The notes beneath the pieces were generated by a model. The model searched no databases, had not been told where the DNA came from, and saw nothing but the letters and a program-made list of their open reading frames with translations. The position numbers and the translations under genes were made by a program. From Chiloscyllium plagiosum (Eukaryota): a DNA stretch of 64,000 nucleotides. Within the stretch, counting starts at the first letter, position 1; every line of letters begins with the position of its first letter. Of the stretch, positions 11,156 through 23,179 are shown one piece after another. The stretch is taken from assembly GCF_004010195.1 (NCBI RefSeq), contig NC_057718.1, positions 98,084,876 through 98,148,875 of the forward strand. Reading direction: 5' to 3'.

Positions 11156-12451
11156 GCTGGAAATGTGTTGCTGGAAAAGCGCAGCAGGTCAGGCAGCATC
11201 CAGGGAACAGGAGAATTGACGTTTCGGGCATGAGCCCTTCTTCAGGAATGGGGAGAGTTTGTCCAGCAGGCTAAGATAAAAGGTAGGGAGGAGGGACTTG
11301 GGAGAGGGGCGGTGTGGGCGGAAGTGTTGCACCTCCTGCGGTTGCAAGGGAAGGTGCCGGGAGTGGTGGTTGGGTCGGTGGGGGGTGTGGATCTGACAAG
11401 GGAGTCGCGGAGGGAGTGGTCTCTACGGACAGCTGATAGGGGAGGGGAGGGAAATATATCCTTGGTGCTGGGTCTGTTTGGAGGTGGCGGAAGTGACGGC
11501 GGATGATGCGCTGTACATGGAGATTGGTGGGGTGGTAGGTGAGGACCAGTGGGGTTCTGTCCTGGTGGCGGTTGGAGGGGCGGGGTTCAAGGGCGGAGGA
11601 GCGGGATGTGGAAGAGATGCGGTGGAGGGCATCGTCGATCACGTCGGGGGGGGAAATTGCGGTCCTTGAAGAAGGAGGCCGTCTGGGTTGTGCGTTTTTG
11701 GAACTGGTCCTCCTGGGAGCAGATGCGGCGGAGTCGAAGGAATTGGGAGAATGGGATGGCGTTTTTACAGGGGGCAGGATGGGAGGAGGTGTAGTCCAGG
11801 TAGCTGTGGGAGTCGGTTGGTTTGTAGTAGATGTCCGTGTTGATTCGGTCGCCTGAGGTAGAAATAGATAGGTCGAGGAAGGGGAGGGAGGAATCTGAGA
11901 CTGTCCAGGTGAATTTGAGGTCGGGGTGGAAGGTGTTGGTGAAGTGGATGAACTGTTCAACCTCCTCGTGGGAGCACGAGGCGGCGCTGATACAGTCATC
12001 GATGTAGCGGAGGAAAAGGTGGGGTTGGGGCCAGTGTAGTTGCGGAAGATGGATTGTTCCACATATCCTACGAAGAGGTAGGCATAGCTGGGGCCCATGC
12101 GGGTGCCCATGGCTACTCCTTTTGTTTGGAGGAAGTGGGAGGATTGGAAAGAGATTCCGTGTTGATTCGGTCGCCTGAGATAGAAATAGAGAGGTCGAGG
12201 AAGGGGAGGGAGGAATGTGAGACTGTCCAGGTGAATTTGAGGTCGGGGTGGAAGTTGTTGGTGAAGTGGATGAACTGTTCAACCTCCTCGTGGGAGCACG
12301 AGGCGGCGCCGATACAGTCATCGATGTAGCGGAGGAAAAGGTGGGGGGTGGGGCCAGTGTAGTTGCGGAAGATGGATTGTTCCACATATCCTACGAAGAG
12401 GTAGGCATAGCTGGGGCCCATGCGGGTGCCCATGGCTACTCCTTTGAGTAG
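11156..12451 (-). mobile_element. Neptune-type PLE: frameshifted RT fragment with internal tandem duplication, 3' repeat and candidate 11-bp TSD
   Basis: KGVAMGTRMGPSYAYLFVGYVE, FLRYIDDC, LPFLDL, YKPTDSHSYLDYTSSHP; Cys linker GTFPCNRRRCNT; ctcagttgaga at 11145-11155 and 12452-12462. Confidence 0.9.
11218..11245 (-). ncRNA. Minimal hammerhead motif in PLE 3' repeat, same strand as the RT
   Basis: Reverse complement reads CTGAAGA-AGGGC-TCAT-GCCC-GAAAC-GTC. Confidence 0.75.
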
Positions 12452-12659
12452 CTCAGTTGAGACCCCTTTATTGTTGCTCTGTGTCAAAACTGGACAAGGG
12501 CAATAATGGAGAGGAGGGGTGGCGTAATTTTAAAGTGAAAGGCAGGAAGGGATTTGATGAAAAATCTTTTTCACCCGGAGTGTGCTGGGGGTCTGGAATG
12601 CACTGCCTTGGATGGTAGCCTCACAGTGTTTAAAAAGGACATGGATGTGCACTTGAGGT

Positions 12660-13704
12660 ATATTTGGCAGAATGCCTCATTTTCGAACCAGCCCTCAAGA
12701 CATGGCTTGCTGTGTAAATTGAATTGAATTTATCGTCATGTGTACTGAGGAACAGTGAAAAGCTTTGTTTGTGAGCAATACAGGCAGATCACATAGTTAA
12801 GTAGCATAGATAGTAAATAATAGGAAAACAGCAGCAGAAACAAAAACACAGGTACAGGCGAATGTTAAGAGTTTGTGAGTCCATTCAGTATTCTAACAAC
12901 AGTAGAGTAATAACTGTTTCAGAACCGGCTGGTGCATGTGTTCAGGCTTCTGTACCTTCTCCCCGATGGTAGAGGTTGTAGAAAACATTGCCAGGGTGGG
13001 ATGGATCTTTGAGAATGCTGGCGGCCTTTCCTTGACAGCGGGCCTGGTAGATGGATTCTATAGATGGGAGGTTGGCTTTTGTGATTGTCCGGGCCGAGTA
13101 CACCACTCTATGGTGAGATCCTTCACGTACGCCAGTCAGTCTGTCCCACAGAACGCTCTGCTCAAAGCGGTTGCGGGTGGAGTTGGAGACTGACACGCGT
13201 CTCCTTCTGGAATGTGCCTTTGTAAAGGAAGTCTGGGGAAAGGTGTAGTGGTTTTTGTCAAGGTTCATCCCGAGCAGCTCTGTGATGCGCGGCTCTGTGC
13301 TCTGCAGTCTGTTCCCTGGACATACACTGAGACAAGCATCGACTGCCTGGAGGACCATCAACTCAGTGAAAGGCACTCTTTGGTCTGCCCGGTCTTCCAG
13401 AGCAAGGAGTTGACTTCGACTGAGTGTTGCAGCCTGGCAGTTTCCAAGATCCAGGACTATGGGCTGAGGGATGCACCAAAGTACAATGGGGATCCATTCA
13501 GTTATTGGAATCTCCTGGTGCCTCAAATAAATAATCTCTTGCATAAATAAGAAATGCCTTGTGTTGTTTGTGGGAGCTATAGGGAAAATCAAACTCCAAT
13601 GTTTGTTTGTTCTCCATATGCTAAAGAACATAGAGAACCGAACTACTTCAGTGACTATGAATGTACATAACTATTTTTCATGAGTATGTTTTTGAAATAA
13701 AAAA
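12660..13704 (+). mobile_element. L1/Tx1-like LINE 3' fragment, interrupted by a Rex element
   Basis: VFQSKELTSTECCSLAVSKIQDYGLRDA motif; A-rich end 'gaaataaaaaa'; same family inverted at 36345-36830. Confidence 0.6.
12716..13108 (-). mobile_element. Rex-Babar-like LINE 3' fragment
   Basis: RVVYSARTITKANLPSIESIYQARCQGKAASILKDPSHPGN followed (frameshifted) by PSGRRYRSL; (TTCAA)n tail. Confidence 0.7.
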
Positions 13705-14046
13705 TAGTTCAAAGCTATAGGCCTACTGTAGGAAAGTGGAATGAGTGCCGATAGTGGCATTTTTTGGCAGTATAGACTTGATGGGCTCAAGGGCCTCTTC
13801 GTAACTGAGATGATTCCATGAACATCTCACTGTCAGCACCACCAGACTGTCTTCATTGTCCTAAACACAAAACCATTCTTTCATCTCACAAGCTCCCCGT
13901 GATGTTCTTCCAATTTCTGGCATCAAGGATCCTACTCTCTGGAGCTACTTAGCTAACACTAAATAGTTTTTGAAATTGCCACCCATAGTTTCTCCAGTTT
14001 ATTTCTCATCTGCATGCGGTTTACTGAAATCTGTTTAACACTTCCC

Positions 14047-14261
14047 GAGGCGAAAGGGAGGACTGCAGATGCTGGAGATTAGAGTCGAGAGTGTGGTGCT
14101 GGAAAAGCACAGCAGGTCAGGCAGCATTCGAGGAGCAGGAGAATCAATGTTTTGGGCAAAAGCCCTTCATCAGGAATGAGCTTTCATTGCCCGAAATGTT
14201 GATTTTCCTGCTCCTCGGATGCTGCCTGACTTGCTGTGCTTTTCCAGCACCCCTCTTGACA
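14047..14261. mobile_element. Fold-back PLE family A mini-insertion with 13-bp TSD
   Basis: tttaacacttccc at 14034-14046 and 14262-14274; inverted arms of about 70 bp; hammerhead degenerate. Confidence 0.85.
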
Positions 14262-14714
14262 TTTAACACTTCCCTCTCTACCCTAGACTTTACAGAAGGC
14301 AAGGCATAACTGAACCTACCGAGCTAAATCAATAATAGTTGGGGAGACTGATTTACAATTCAGCACAAATGCATATTTAATCGCAGAATGATGTCACTAG
14401 TGCTTCTACAAGACTTTGTAGTAAAAATGTCATTTGGATTTATTTAAATAGAGGGAAGGATAATATACTGAACACTAAAAATTGCTAAGAAATGCCATGT
14501 TGAAGCTTTTAATCTTCCACTCACCAGTACTGGGACTCAAGAAATCAAACTTTGAAAGGGAACGTTAATTTATATCGCATCTAAAGAAGCTGCTGATCGA
14601 TTGGACCATTTGATTTCCTGCACTGTAGTCCTGATGACTGCAAGATGGAAAGTCTTTTGAGTTATGTTTAAGTTCTGTACTACTAAGCAATCTATTTATA
14701 TTGGGTCACATACA

Positions 14715-14975
14715 ACATCCACAAACATCCACTTATCCACTGACACTCAGTAGCAGCAGTTTGTGCTATCTATGAAATGCATTGTGGAGATTCACCAAAG
14801 ATTCTTAGACAGCATCTTCTAAACCCTCAAACACTTCAGTCGAGAAGGACAATGGTAGCAGATACTTCAAACACCACCTCTTGCAAGTTTCCCTCCAAGC
14901 CACTCACCATCCTGACCTGGAAATCTATTGTTTCTTCACTGTTGCTGGGTCAAAATCTTGGAATATGCTCCCTCA
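14715..14975 (+). mobile_element. CR1/L2-group LINE tail (same family as 8450-8700)
   Basis: 'tcagtagcagcagtttgtgctatctatgaaatgcattg...ttcaccaaagattcttagacagcatctt' matches 8480-8600. Confidence 0.65.
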
Positions 14976-15477
14976 TTCTCAAATTTTGGGAACCAAAAGG
15001 AATATCTCATAAAGTTCTGTGGACTGGTGCTATGGAATAGTGTTTCTCCAGTGTTTTGTCCTCCATCCCCAGTATCAATTTTGTTTTGTATGTCTGTATG
15101 CTTATGTAGAGACACTAAAAGAGTCAGAGTTTAAACTGGCAGTGTTATAGGTTAATAGTTGATTTGATTACCCGTGGCTGAACTTATTTATGTGTAATAA
15201 ACAGTTGTTCTTGTTAAGTGCAGGAACCTGGTCAGTGTTTGCCATTGACCTGAGCCTATCAGAAAGTATCTCGGGGACTTTGTTTGCTTTGCTCAGATTG
15301 GTCACTTCTGTGGTGTCCCCAAGAGGCGTGGGGCTGGCGAATCAATGCATTTTCCTGAGTCAGTCGTGTAATAATTAGTTGTCACAATGCAATCAATTAA
15401 CCAAGTAATAAGGGAATTCCTGCCTCATGTCTGTCAATTTTTTTCTGGAACTTGAGCAGTTGTATGGGGTGGTCACT

Positions 15478-15774
15478 TAAGATTAGATTCCCTACAGTGT
15501 GGAAACAGGCCCTTTGGCCCAACAAGTCCAAACTGACCCTCTGAAGAGTAACCCACCCAGACCCATTTCCCTCTGATTAATACACCTAACACTATGGGCA
15601 ACTTAGCATGGCCAATTCACTTGACTTGCACATCTTTGGACTGTGGGAGGAAACCCACACAGTCACGGGGAGAATGTGCAAACTTCACACAGACAGTCGC
15701 CCGTGGCTGGGATCGAATCTGGGACCCTGGTGCTATGAGGCAGCAGTGCTAACCACTGAGCCACCGTGCCACCC
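15478..15774 (-). mobile_element. HE1/V-SINE
   Basis: Head, V-domain and (TCTAA)n tail. Confidence 0.9.
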
Positions 15775-15854
15775 TAATGTCAAAAGAGATCCATTTCAAA
15801 ATCTCAAGCCTGAATGGAATTCCTCAGAGGTGCTCCAAGTTTTGGCACTCATCA

Positions 15855-16100
15855 TCACAGAGCATGGAAACAGACCCTTGGTCTGTCGTGTCTATGCTGA
15901 CCAGATTTCCTAAACAGAACTAGTCCCATTCGTCTGTGTTTGGCTCCTATTCCTCTAAACCTTTCCTATTCATGTACCTGTCCAAATGTCTTTTACATGT
16001 CGTAATTGTACCCACCTCTACCATTTCTCCTGCCAGCTAGTTCCATATGCACACCACTTTCTATGTGAAAAAGTTGCCTCTTCGGTCCCTTTTAAATCAC
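15855..16100 (-). mobile_element. CR1/HER1 LINE tail
   Basis: Matches the reverse complement of 2080-2320. Confidence 0.75.
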
Positions 16101-16174
16101 TCCCCTCTCTCCACTGTGACCAGTGCAAGTGCACAATGCTACAACAGGATAAGAGTGAGAAATGGTATCCCAAT

Positions 16175-16440
16175 GGGTGGCTCAGTGGTTAGCACTGCTG
16201 CCTCACACCGCTAGGGACCCGGGTTCGTTTCCACCCTCGGGTGACTGTCTGTCTATGTGTAGTTTGCACATTCTCCCTGTGTCTGCATGGGTTTCCTCCC
16301 CATACCCCGGTCTCCTCCCACGGTCCAATGAGATGCAGGATTGGCCATGGTAAATGCAGGGTAATGGGGGTGGGGCTGGATGGGATGGTCTGCTGAGGGT
16401 CAGTGTGGACTTGATGGTATGTTTGCACACTATGGGGTTC
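16175..16440 (+). mobile_element. HE1/V-SINE
   Basis: ggtggctcagtggttagcactgctgcctcac...ggttcgtttcc head and V-domain. Confidence 0.88.
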
Positions 16441-17722
16441 CATCAGCATATCTGAAGTGTAGATTTCTACCTTGATTCTTATGCCTGGTGGGACAGGTTA
16501 TGGGATGTCTGGAATTAAGACATTTCTCGAATGAATGCAAGCTATATAGAGCTGTCTCATAATCCTCCAAAACCACTTGCAAACTGTTCACTACCAGGTG
16601 TAACTGAGGCAGCAAAGAGAACAGGGGACCAACGTACTCCCAGGAGATGGATTGGCCAATTGAGTACTGAGGCTGGCAACCTTAAAGAGGAGCTTGCCCC
16701 TAGCCACATGGGATTCCAGGCCTTGGAAACGTGAAGATCAGAAGTGGTGAGCAGTGGGATAGAGGACAGCTTTGGGGGAAAGTTAAATGCTTTCTCCAGG
16801 CTTCCTAGCAACCCTCCCCCCCTCCATCCCTGGGGAGTGTCACTCATTAGGAATGTAACATAGTGTCAAGAGATCCTTCATTATTACCTGAAAAGCCAGG
16901 CAATGGATCATTTGATCAAAAACTCCCCCCACCAAAGTTGCAGCATCACTCGTTTTGTATTCCTTTGGCATAGTAGCCAAGGCTTACGTGTTCAAGTCAT
17001 AAAAATGTTCATGTTGTTTAACAAAGCTGGACAATTGTGTTCGCAAATTATCCTTCCCACACCAGATTATGCATATTAACTAGGTGGGCGAAGGATAAAT
17101 TTCAACATGAAGTCTCCACAGCCCATGTGTGTAGGTGTCATAATATTTACAGACACTGGGCACCTACCTCAAAGTCACCACGTTGCATATGTGAATACAA
17201 GGCCTAAAACCTGCTTTCAGCTCCCTGGAAGAAACCAAGCAACTTTGTGCATAGTTTTCTTAACAGATTTTAACCCACTCCAGTGCTGGTGCCAGATACA
17301 GTAATGTTCCTTATGCATGGTGTTGCAAAGGCATAATTGAAGGAATATGTAGTGGATCATCTATCTTACTTCCTTCAGCAGGCCGTTGAGCAAACCTATA
17401 GTGCCAAGATCCCAGCTGATCTGATTACTGGATATGTCAGATCGCTGACTGAAGCCTAGCTTGATAGATCATATTTTGTTTTCTTTTTATGTCATGTAGC
17501 AAACATGTAATGCTGAAGACTTGGTTTTAATAACATGTTTATTAAACTAATGAAATGCAGATAAAATAGAATAAATCAAGCTAATCGCGCATCACACAAT
17601 TTGAAAGGTTTCAAAAGGCATGGAAAAAATGCCATTCCATCTTTCCCAACTGCATGACTCAACTACCAAGCAGAGTTCTCATCTCTTTCACATCTAACTT
17701 AACTGTTTCTTTCGATTCGGTT

Positions 17723-17752
17723 CTGAGGAAGGGTCAGTTGACCTGAAACGTT
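17723..17752 (+). ncRNA. Minimal hammerhead motif (family C) heading a PLE repeat that runs to about 17855
   Basis: ggtt-CTGAGGA-AGGGTCA-GT-TGACCT-GAAAC-GTT-aact; stem I and stem II both pair. Confidence 0.75.
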
Positions 17753-18314
17753 AACTCTGACTTCTCTCCATAGATGCTGCCAGACCTACTGATGTTTTAC
17801 AGCAATTTCTGTTTTTGTTTCTGATTTACAGCATTCACAATTCTTTTGGCTTTTGTTTCTTTTAATTCCTGATCTTGAGGGTTTTAGAACCTTTACGTGG
17901 ATATTCACACAACTGAGCTTAAACTTTCTTATGTTCAAATGACCCTTTCAGATTTCTAACCAAGCACTTCTTGTCTGGAATTTTCAAACTAAACTCCTCT
18001 GCTGTGTAGGCCATATCCTACCATTTCTTAAGTAACTCCTTTCTTCAGGATCAGATCCTATCCAAACTGAAACCAAATGCTTTTCAGTCCATGGGTTATT
18101 CCTAAACAGAAATAAGTTCTTGATTCCCCTAAACCGAAAGCAAGCCTCTTTGCTCTCCAGTCGTAAAGATCTAGCAAACAAATTTACATTACCATTCCAG
18201 GACAGCCCTAATCACCTGCTCTTCAAAATATGCTGATTTAAAACCATGGCACTTGAAAGTTTGAAAAATTAGTTATTAAATCCCTCATAAAGCATATCCA
18301 ATGGTGCCACCATG

Positions 18315-19115
18315 GATAGAGCTATTCGGCATGGAAATAGACCCTTTGGTCCAACCAGTCCATGTTGACCATGTTCCCAAGCTAAACGAGTCCCACCTGC
18401 CTGTGCTTGACCCAAATCTCTCCAAATCTTTCCTATTCATGTACTTATCCAAATGTCTTTTAAATGTCATAACTATACCCACATGCATCACTTCGTCTGG
18501 CAGTTCATTCCACACATGAACCACTCTCTGTGTGAAAAAGTTACCCCATATGTCTCTCTTAAATCTTTCTCCTCACCTTAAAAATATGCCCCCGAGTTTT
18601 GAACTCCCCCACACTAGGGAAAAGCCCCTAGTCATTCACCTTATCTATGCCCCTCGTGATTTTATAAACCTCATTAAAATTTAAATAGCTTCAACCTCCA
18701 ACACTCCAGTGAAAAGAGTCCCAGCTTTTTCAGTCTCTTTTTATAACTCAAACCCTCCATTCCTAGCAACATCCTGGTGATTCTTCTCTGAATCCTTTCC
18801 AGTTTAATAATGTCCTTCAGGGCAATCAGAACTAGTACTCCAGAAGAGGCCTCACCAACATCCTGTACAACCTCAACATAACGTCCCTACTCCCATAAGC
18901 AAAGGTCTGAGCAATGAAGGAACGTGTGCTAAATGCCTTCTTAACCACCCTGTCTATCTGTGATGCAAATTTCGAAGAAACCCCTCATCTCTCTATTCTA
19001 CAACATCATCCAGGGTCTTACTATTAATTGTATAAATCCTGTCCTTGTTTCTTTGACCAAAATGCAATACCTTTCATTTGTCCAAATGTAACTCCATCTG
19101 CCACTCCTCTGCCAA
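18315..19115 (-). mobile_element. CR1/HER1 LINE 3' fragment
   Basis: VHVWNELPDEV...TFKRHLDKYMNRK. Confidence 0.85.
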
Positions 19116-19269
19116 AATGAAAATCCAGGCTTTTAAATAAATATATATAAATTGTCTACCTTGCATCACAATAGATAGGTGCATTCAATATCCACTGTAA
19201 TGTCTCCAGGAAAATCTCACAAGTACTGGTACAAGCAACAAGCTTTAAGTTATAGGAACATTTAGAACT

Positions 19270-19790
19270 AGAGCTCACTGATAAGGAGAAATATTTTTCT
19301 ATCAGAGGCTTATGAGACTTTGGAACTCTTTCCCTGGAAGATGGTGGAAACAGAGTCCTTGAATGTTTTTAATGGTCAAAAGTCACATGACACCAGAAGC
19401 TTTCGTAGAACTGCCCCTTCCTCAGGTGAACTGCTCTGGGGGCAAGCTTGCTATTTCAAATAAACCTGTTGGACTATAACCTGGTGTTGTGTGACTTCTG
19501 ACCGTGTTTACCCAGTCCGACACTGACACCTCCACAGAATGCTTTTAAGGAAGTTAGAGATAAATACTTCCTAAGCAAGGGGGTGAAAGGTTCTCAGGGA
19601 TAAGTAGGAAAGCAAATTTAAGATTACAATCTTTTATGGAATGCTGGAGCAGAATGAGGGACTAAATGGGTGAAAGTGAGGATTGCAGATGCTGGAAACC
19701 AGAGTTTAGATGAGAGTGGTGCTGGAAAAGCACAGCAGGTCAGGCAGCAAGGACTAAGTGGCCTACAGATACTTGTTTGCATGTTTATAT
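19270..19790 (+). mobile_element. Degraded CR1 tail hosting two PLE insertions (19373-19536 and 19670-19750)
   Basis: 'aggagaaatatttttctatcagagg...tggaactctttccc'; flanks gaatgtttttaa/gaatgcttttaa and ggactaaatgg/ggactaagtgg. Confidence 0.65.
19397..19425 (-). ncRNA. Hammerhead motif (family B) in a fold-back insertion
   Basis: Reverse complement reads CTGAGGA-AGGGGC-AGT-TCTAC-GAAA-GCTT; stem II partly decayed. Confidence 0.5.
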
Positions 19791-20637
19791 GGAATAATAT
19801 TGTTTTGAATTGTTCCCACGTGGAGTATGCTACCATTTAAAAATGGACAACTAAAGGTACAAAGAATGTTCATTAATGTATCACCTCTGATGTCCTCAGT
19901 ACACCCCATCCCCCACTAGAGGGTCCATTTGATGAAATATTCAAGAGGGGACGAGATAAAGCAGCTAGGGCAAATGGAATAAAAGATTACAGGAAAAAAG
20001 CAGGATTAGGCTTTGGAGTTAGACCATCAGCCATGATCGTGATGAATGGCGGAGCAGGCTCAAAGAGTTGAATGGCCTCCCTGCTGCTCTTAACTTCAAT
20101 GTTTCTATGTTTTCTGTATTTCTATTCTCATGCCTCAAGGTAGCAGTGAGGTTATCAGTAAAGTTGAAGGCCGAGTGAGGACTGGAACACTGGATATTCT
20201 GATGGACGCTCATCAAGCTAAAATGTTCACACTGTTTCGCTCTCCACAAGAACCGCAGGACCCACTCAGTGTTTCTAGAATTTTCTGTTTTCATTTCTGA
20301 TTCTTAGCCTCTGTGCTATTCTCTTTTTGTGCTGGAAGAACTTGCCCTAGGACGGAACCTAGGACGGAACCATGCCAATGTATACCTCTACCTCTGTTTA
20401 ATGTCTTGGCAGAAATATTGCACGTCTGACAGTGGAGTGCTGTCTCTCAGTCCCATGTGTATGATGTTAAGATAAGTCCCATGTGGAAGATTGTATATCA
20501 GTAGAATTAGGGCTAAAAGTCTGGGTGTTATGATTCAGTGCCACCCCCTGAGCCGAGATTAATGCAAGTTTTAGGGGAGGACAGTCTCACCTTGGATTTC
20601 CTCTTTAAAAATCTTAACCCAAATACGATGCTACAAG

Positions 20638-21240
20638 ATAGAGTCATAGAGATGGACAGCATGGAAACACACCCTTCGGTCCAACTCGTCCATGCCCACC
20701 AGATAACCCAACCTAATGTAGTCCCATTTGCCAGCACTTGACCCAATATCCCTCTAAACCTTTCCTATTCGTGTATCCATCCAGATGCCTTTTAAATGTT
20801 GTCATTGTCCCAGCCTCCACCACTTCCTCTGGCAGCTCATTCCACACACGCACCACCCACTGTGTGAAAAAGTTGTCCCTTAGGTCCCTTTTATATCTTT
20901 CCCCTCTCACCCTATACCTATGCCCTCTAGTTCTGGACTCCCCCAACCCCAAGGAAAAGACTTTGTCTATTTACCCTATCCATGCCCCTCATGATTTTAT
21001 AAACCTCTATAAGGTCACCTGTCAGCCTCTGAGGCTCCAGGGAAAACAGCCCCAGCCTATTCAGTCTCTTCCTATAGTTCAAACCCTCCAACCCTGGCAA
21101 CATCCTCATTAATCTTTTCAGAACCCTTTCAAGTTTCACAACATCCGATAGGAGGGAGACCAGAATTGCACATAATATTCCAAAAGTGGCCTAACCAATG
21201 TCCTGTGCAGCCATAGAATGATCTCCCAACTCCTATACTT
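20638..21240 (-). mobile_element. CR1/HER1 LINE 3' fragment
   Basis: KLERVLKRLMRMLPGLEGLNYRKRLNRLGLFSLE...; ESRTRGHRYRVRGERYKRDLRDNFFTQ. Confidence 0.9.
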
Positions 21241-22289
21241 CTTGACATGCAAAATACGGAAAATGAGCAAGAAATGTGTTCTTTTTGCAAGCCTTTTTAA
21301 TATGCTTTATGATCTGTACTAAGCAGGTAATAAGTTCCCATTAGCCAAGCAAAGCCACCAATCAATAACTGGTGCACATTATACAGTATTAAGACATTAC
21401 TTCTAAAGAAAAATGTGGAGTATTTTCATTTGCTTATATTTTACTTCGTACTGTGTCTGTGAAATATATTTATGGGTATGTCACAATATTAAGATTTCTC
21501 AAGAAAGAGCTTATCAAAATTCACACAAACTCCCATTTTGTCTTTTTGCCATTTAAGTGGGTACGATAAATGCACGCTGAAAGGAACCTTTTGTACTATA
21601 GCTTCTTTTTATATTTTATTTTGTCATTTCATTGAAGAGCCATTATCACTTTACAACTGTCCTTCGCAGGAACACTAATGCCGTGGGTGTATGATAAGGT
21701 TTGTGGTTTGTCAGGAAAAAGAAAAACACTCAAGTTATTCTTGGCCATGGTACAGCTGTCTGATGAACGTTTATTTTTGGTAAACCGCTGAACTTCAGCT
21801 AACAATACTGACTTGCATTTGTACAGTGCCCTTAGACTTTGAAATTCCTCTCAACTCCTCTCTGACAATAATAGAAGATGCCAAGAACCACGAGTGCTTC
21901 AAAACTCGGTTTAATGAATTTGTGGAGGGTATTGAAAGACGGGAGCATGATGGAGAGGTGGAAAATTCAGGGAGACAATTCCTTGGCTAGTCTCACTTAA
22001 GATAGGCGCTAAGAGGTTGGATCAGTAGAGGTCAGAACGAGAGGAAGGGTAAATTAATGCTACAGAATCATAGTGAAGTAGTGCCCAGATTGTGCTTGAA
22101 AAAGGTGCACAATGCGATTCGCTTTCCTTGTTAATTGGTGAAAAAAATGCATGACCCCAACCTAGTGAATGGTTTTCCTCCTAATTCCCATTAACTTCAA
22201 TTTGGATAGGAGTTGTTATTGGTCAAAGGTGGCCTTAATATCAAGGGCAGGCACTCTCACCTTACTTTTTGAATTCAACTCTTTGGACA

Positions 22290-22680
22290 ATGTTGAGAGT
22301 GTGTTGCTGGAAGGGCACAGCAGGTCAGGCATCATCCAAGGAGCAGGAGAATCGACGTTTCAGGCCGGATTTCCTGATGAATGGCTCCGGCCTGGAACGT
22401 CGATAGGGGACATAAATTTAAGATGAAGGGTGGAAGGTATGGGGGGATGTCAGGGGTAGGTTCTTTACCCAGAGAGTGGTGGGGGCATGGAATGCGCTGC
22501 CTGTGGGAGTGGCAGAGTCAGAATCATTGGTGACCTTTAAGCGGCAATTGGATACATCCATGGATAGGTGCTTAAGCTCGGACAAATGTTCGGCACAACA
22601 TCGTGGGCCGAAGGGCCTGTTCTGTGCTGTATTGTTCTATGTTCTGATTTCCAGCATCTGCAGACCTCACTGTCTTCTGT
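22290..22680. mobile_element. Fold-back PLE family A element with a CR1 tail (22405-22645) inside, nested in a minus-strand LINE fragment (about 22225-23030)
   Basis: Inverted atcgacgtttcaggccgga / tccggcctggaacgtcgat around CTGATGA at 22374; CR1 FFTQRVVGAWNALP. Confidence 0.7.
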
Positions 22681-23097
22681 CCATGCTTGAGCCAAGGCTG
22701 CTATGAGGTGTGGAGCTGCGCGGCCCTGGCAGAGCTCCAGCTGAGCATCGTGGAGCAGGTTATTTCTGAGTCAATGGCAGTGCTATCAAGAGACAGAGGC
22801 ACCTTTCATCACCTTGTTGCTAGTCGAGAGTAGACTGATGGGCTGACAATTGGTCTGACTGGATTTGTGCTGCTTTTTTGTGGATGGAACATACCAATTT
22901 TCCATATTGGTGGATAGATATCAATGTTGTAGCTGGACTTGACCATCCTGCCTAGAACTTTGGCACAAGTTTTCAGCATGATAAGAAGATATTGTCAGGT
23001 CCCGTAACCTTTGTTGTATTCAGTGCCTTCAACTATTTAACATTGTTTTACATTTGAAATTAGTCCCACCTTAAAAGTTAGATTGTAAGTGATTGTA

Positions 23098-23179
23098 CAG
23101 AGGTATTTATATAGCACGGGTTTTCTATAAGGAGAGGTTTCCCAGGAACATAATGATCACGTTCTACCAAAAATACCTG
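23098..23179. mobile_element. Very short TA-flanked Tc1/mariner (Tigger-like) MITE
   Basis: TA-cagaggtattt ... aaatacctg-TA. Confidence 0.4.

Noticed and set aside
11271..12487. Long ORFs (279, 266 and 124 aa) as host genes or an active RT
   Set aside because: They are frameshifted, duplicated PLE RT fragments
12942..13631. 229-aa ORF
   Set aside because: Chimera of antisense Tx1-like and sense Rex-like sequence
20347..20372. 12-bp tandem cctaggacggaa x2
   Set aside because: Simple slippage duplication with no further structure
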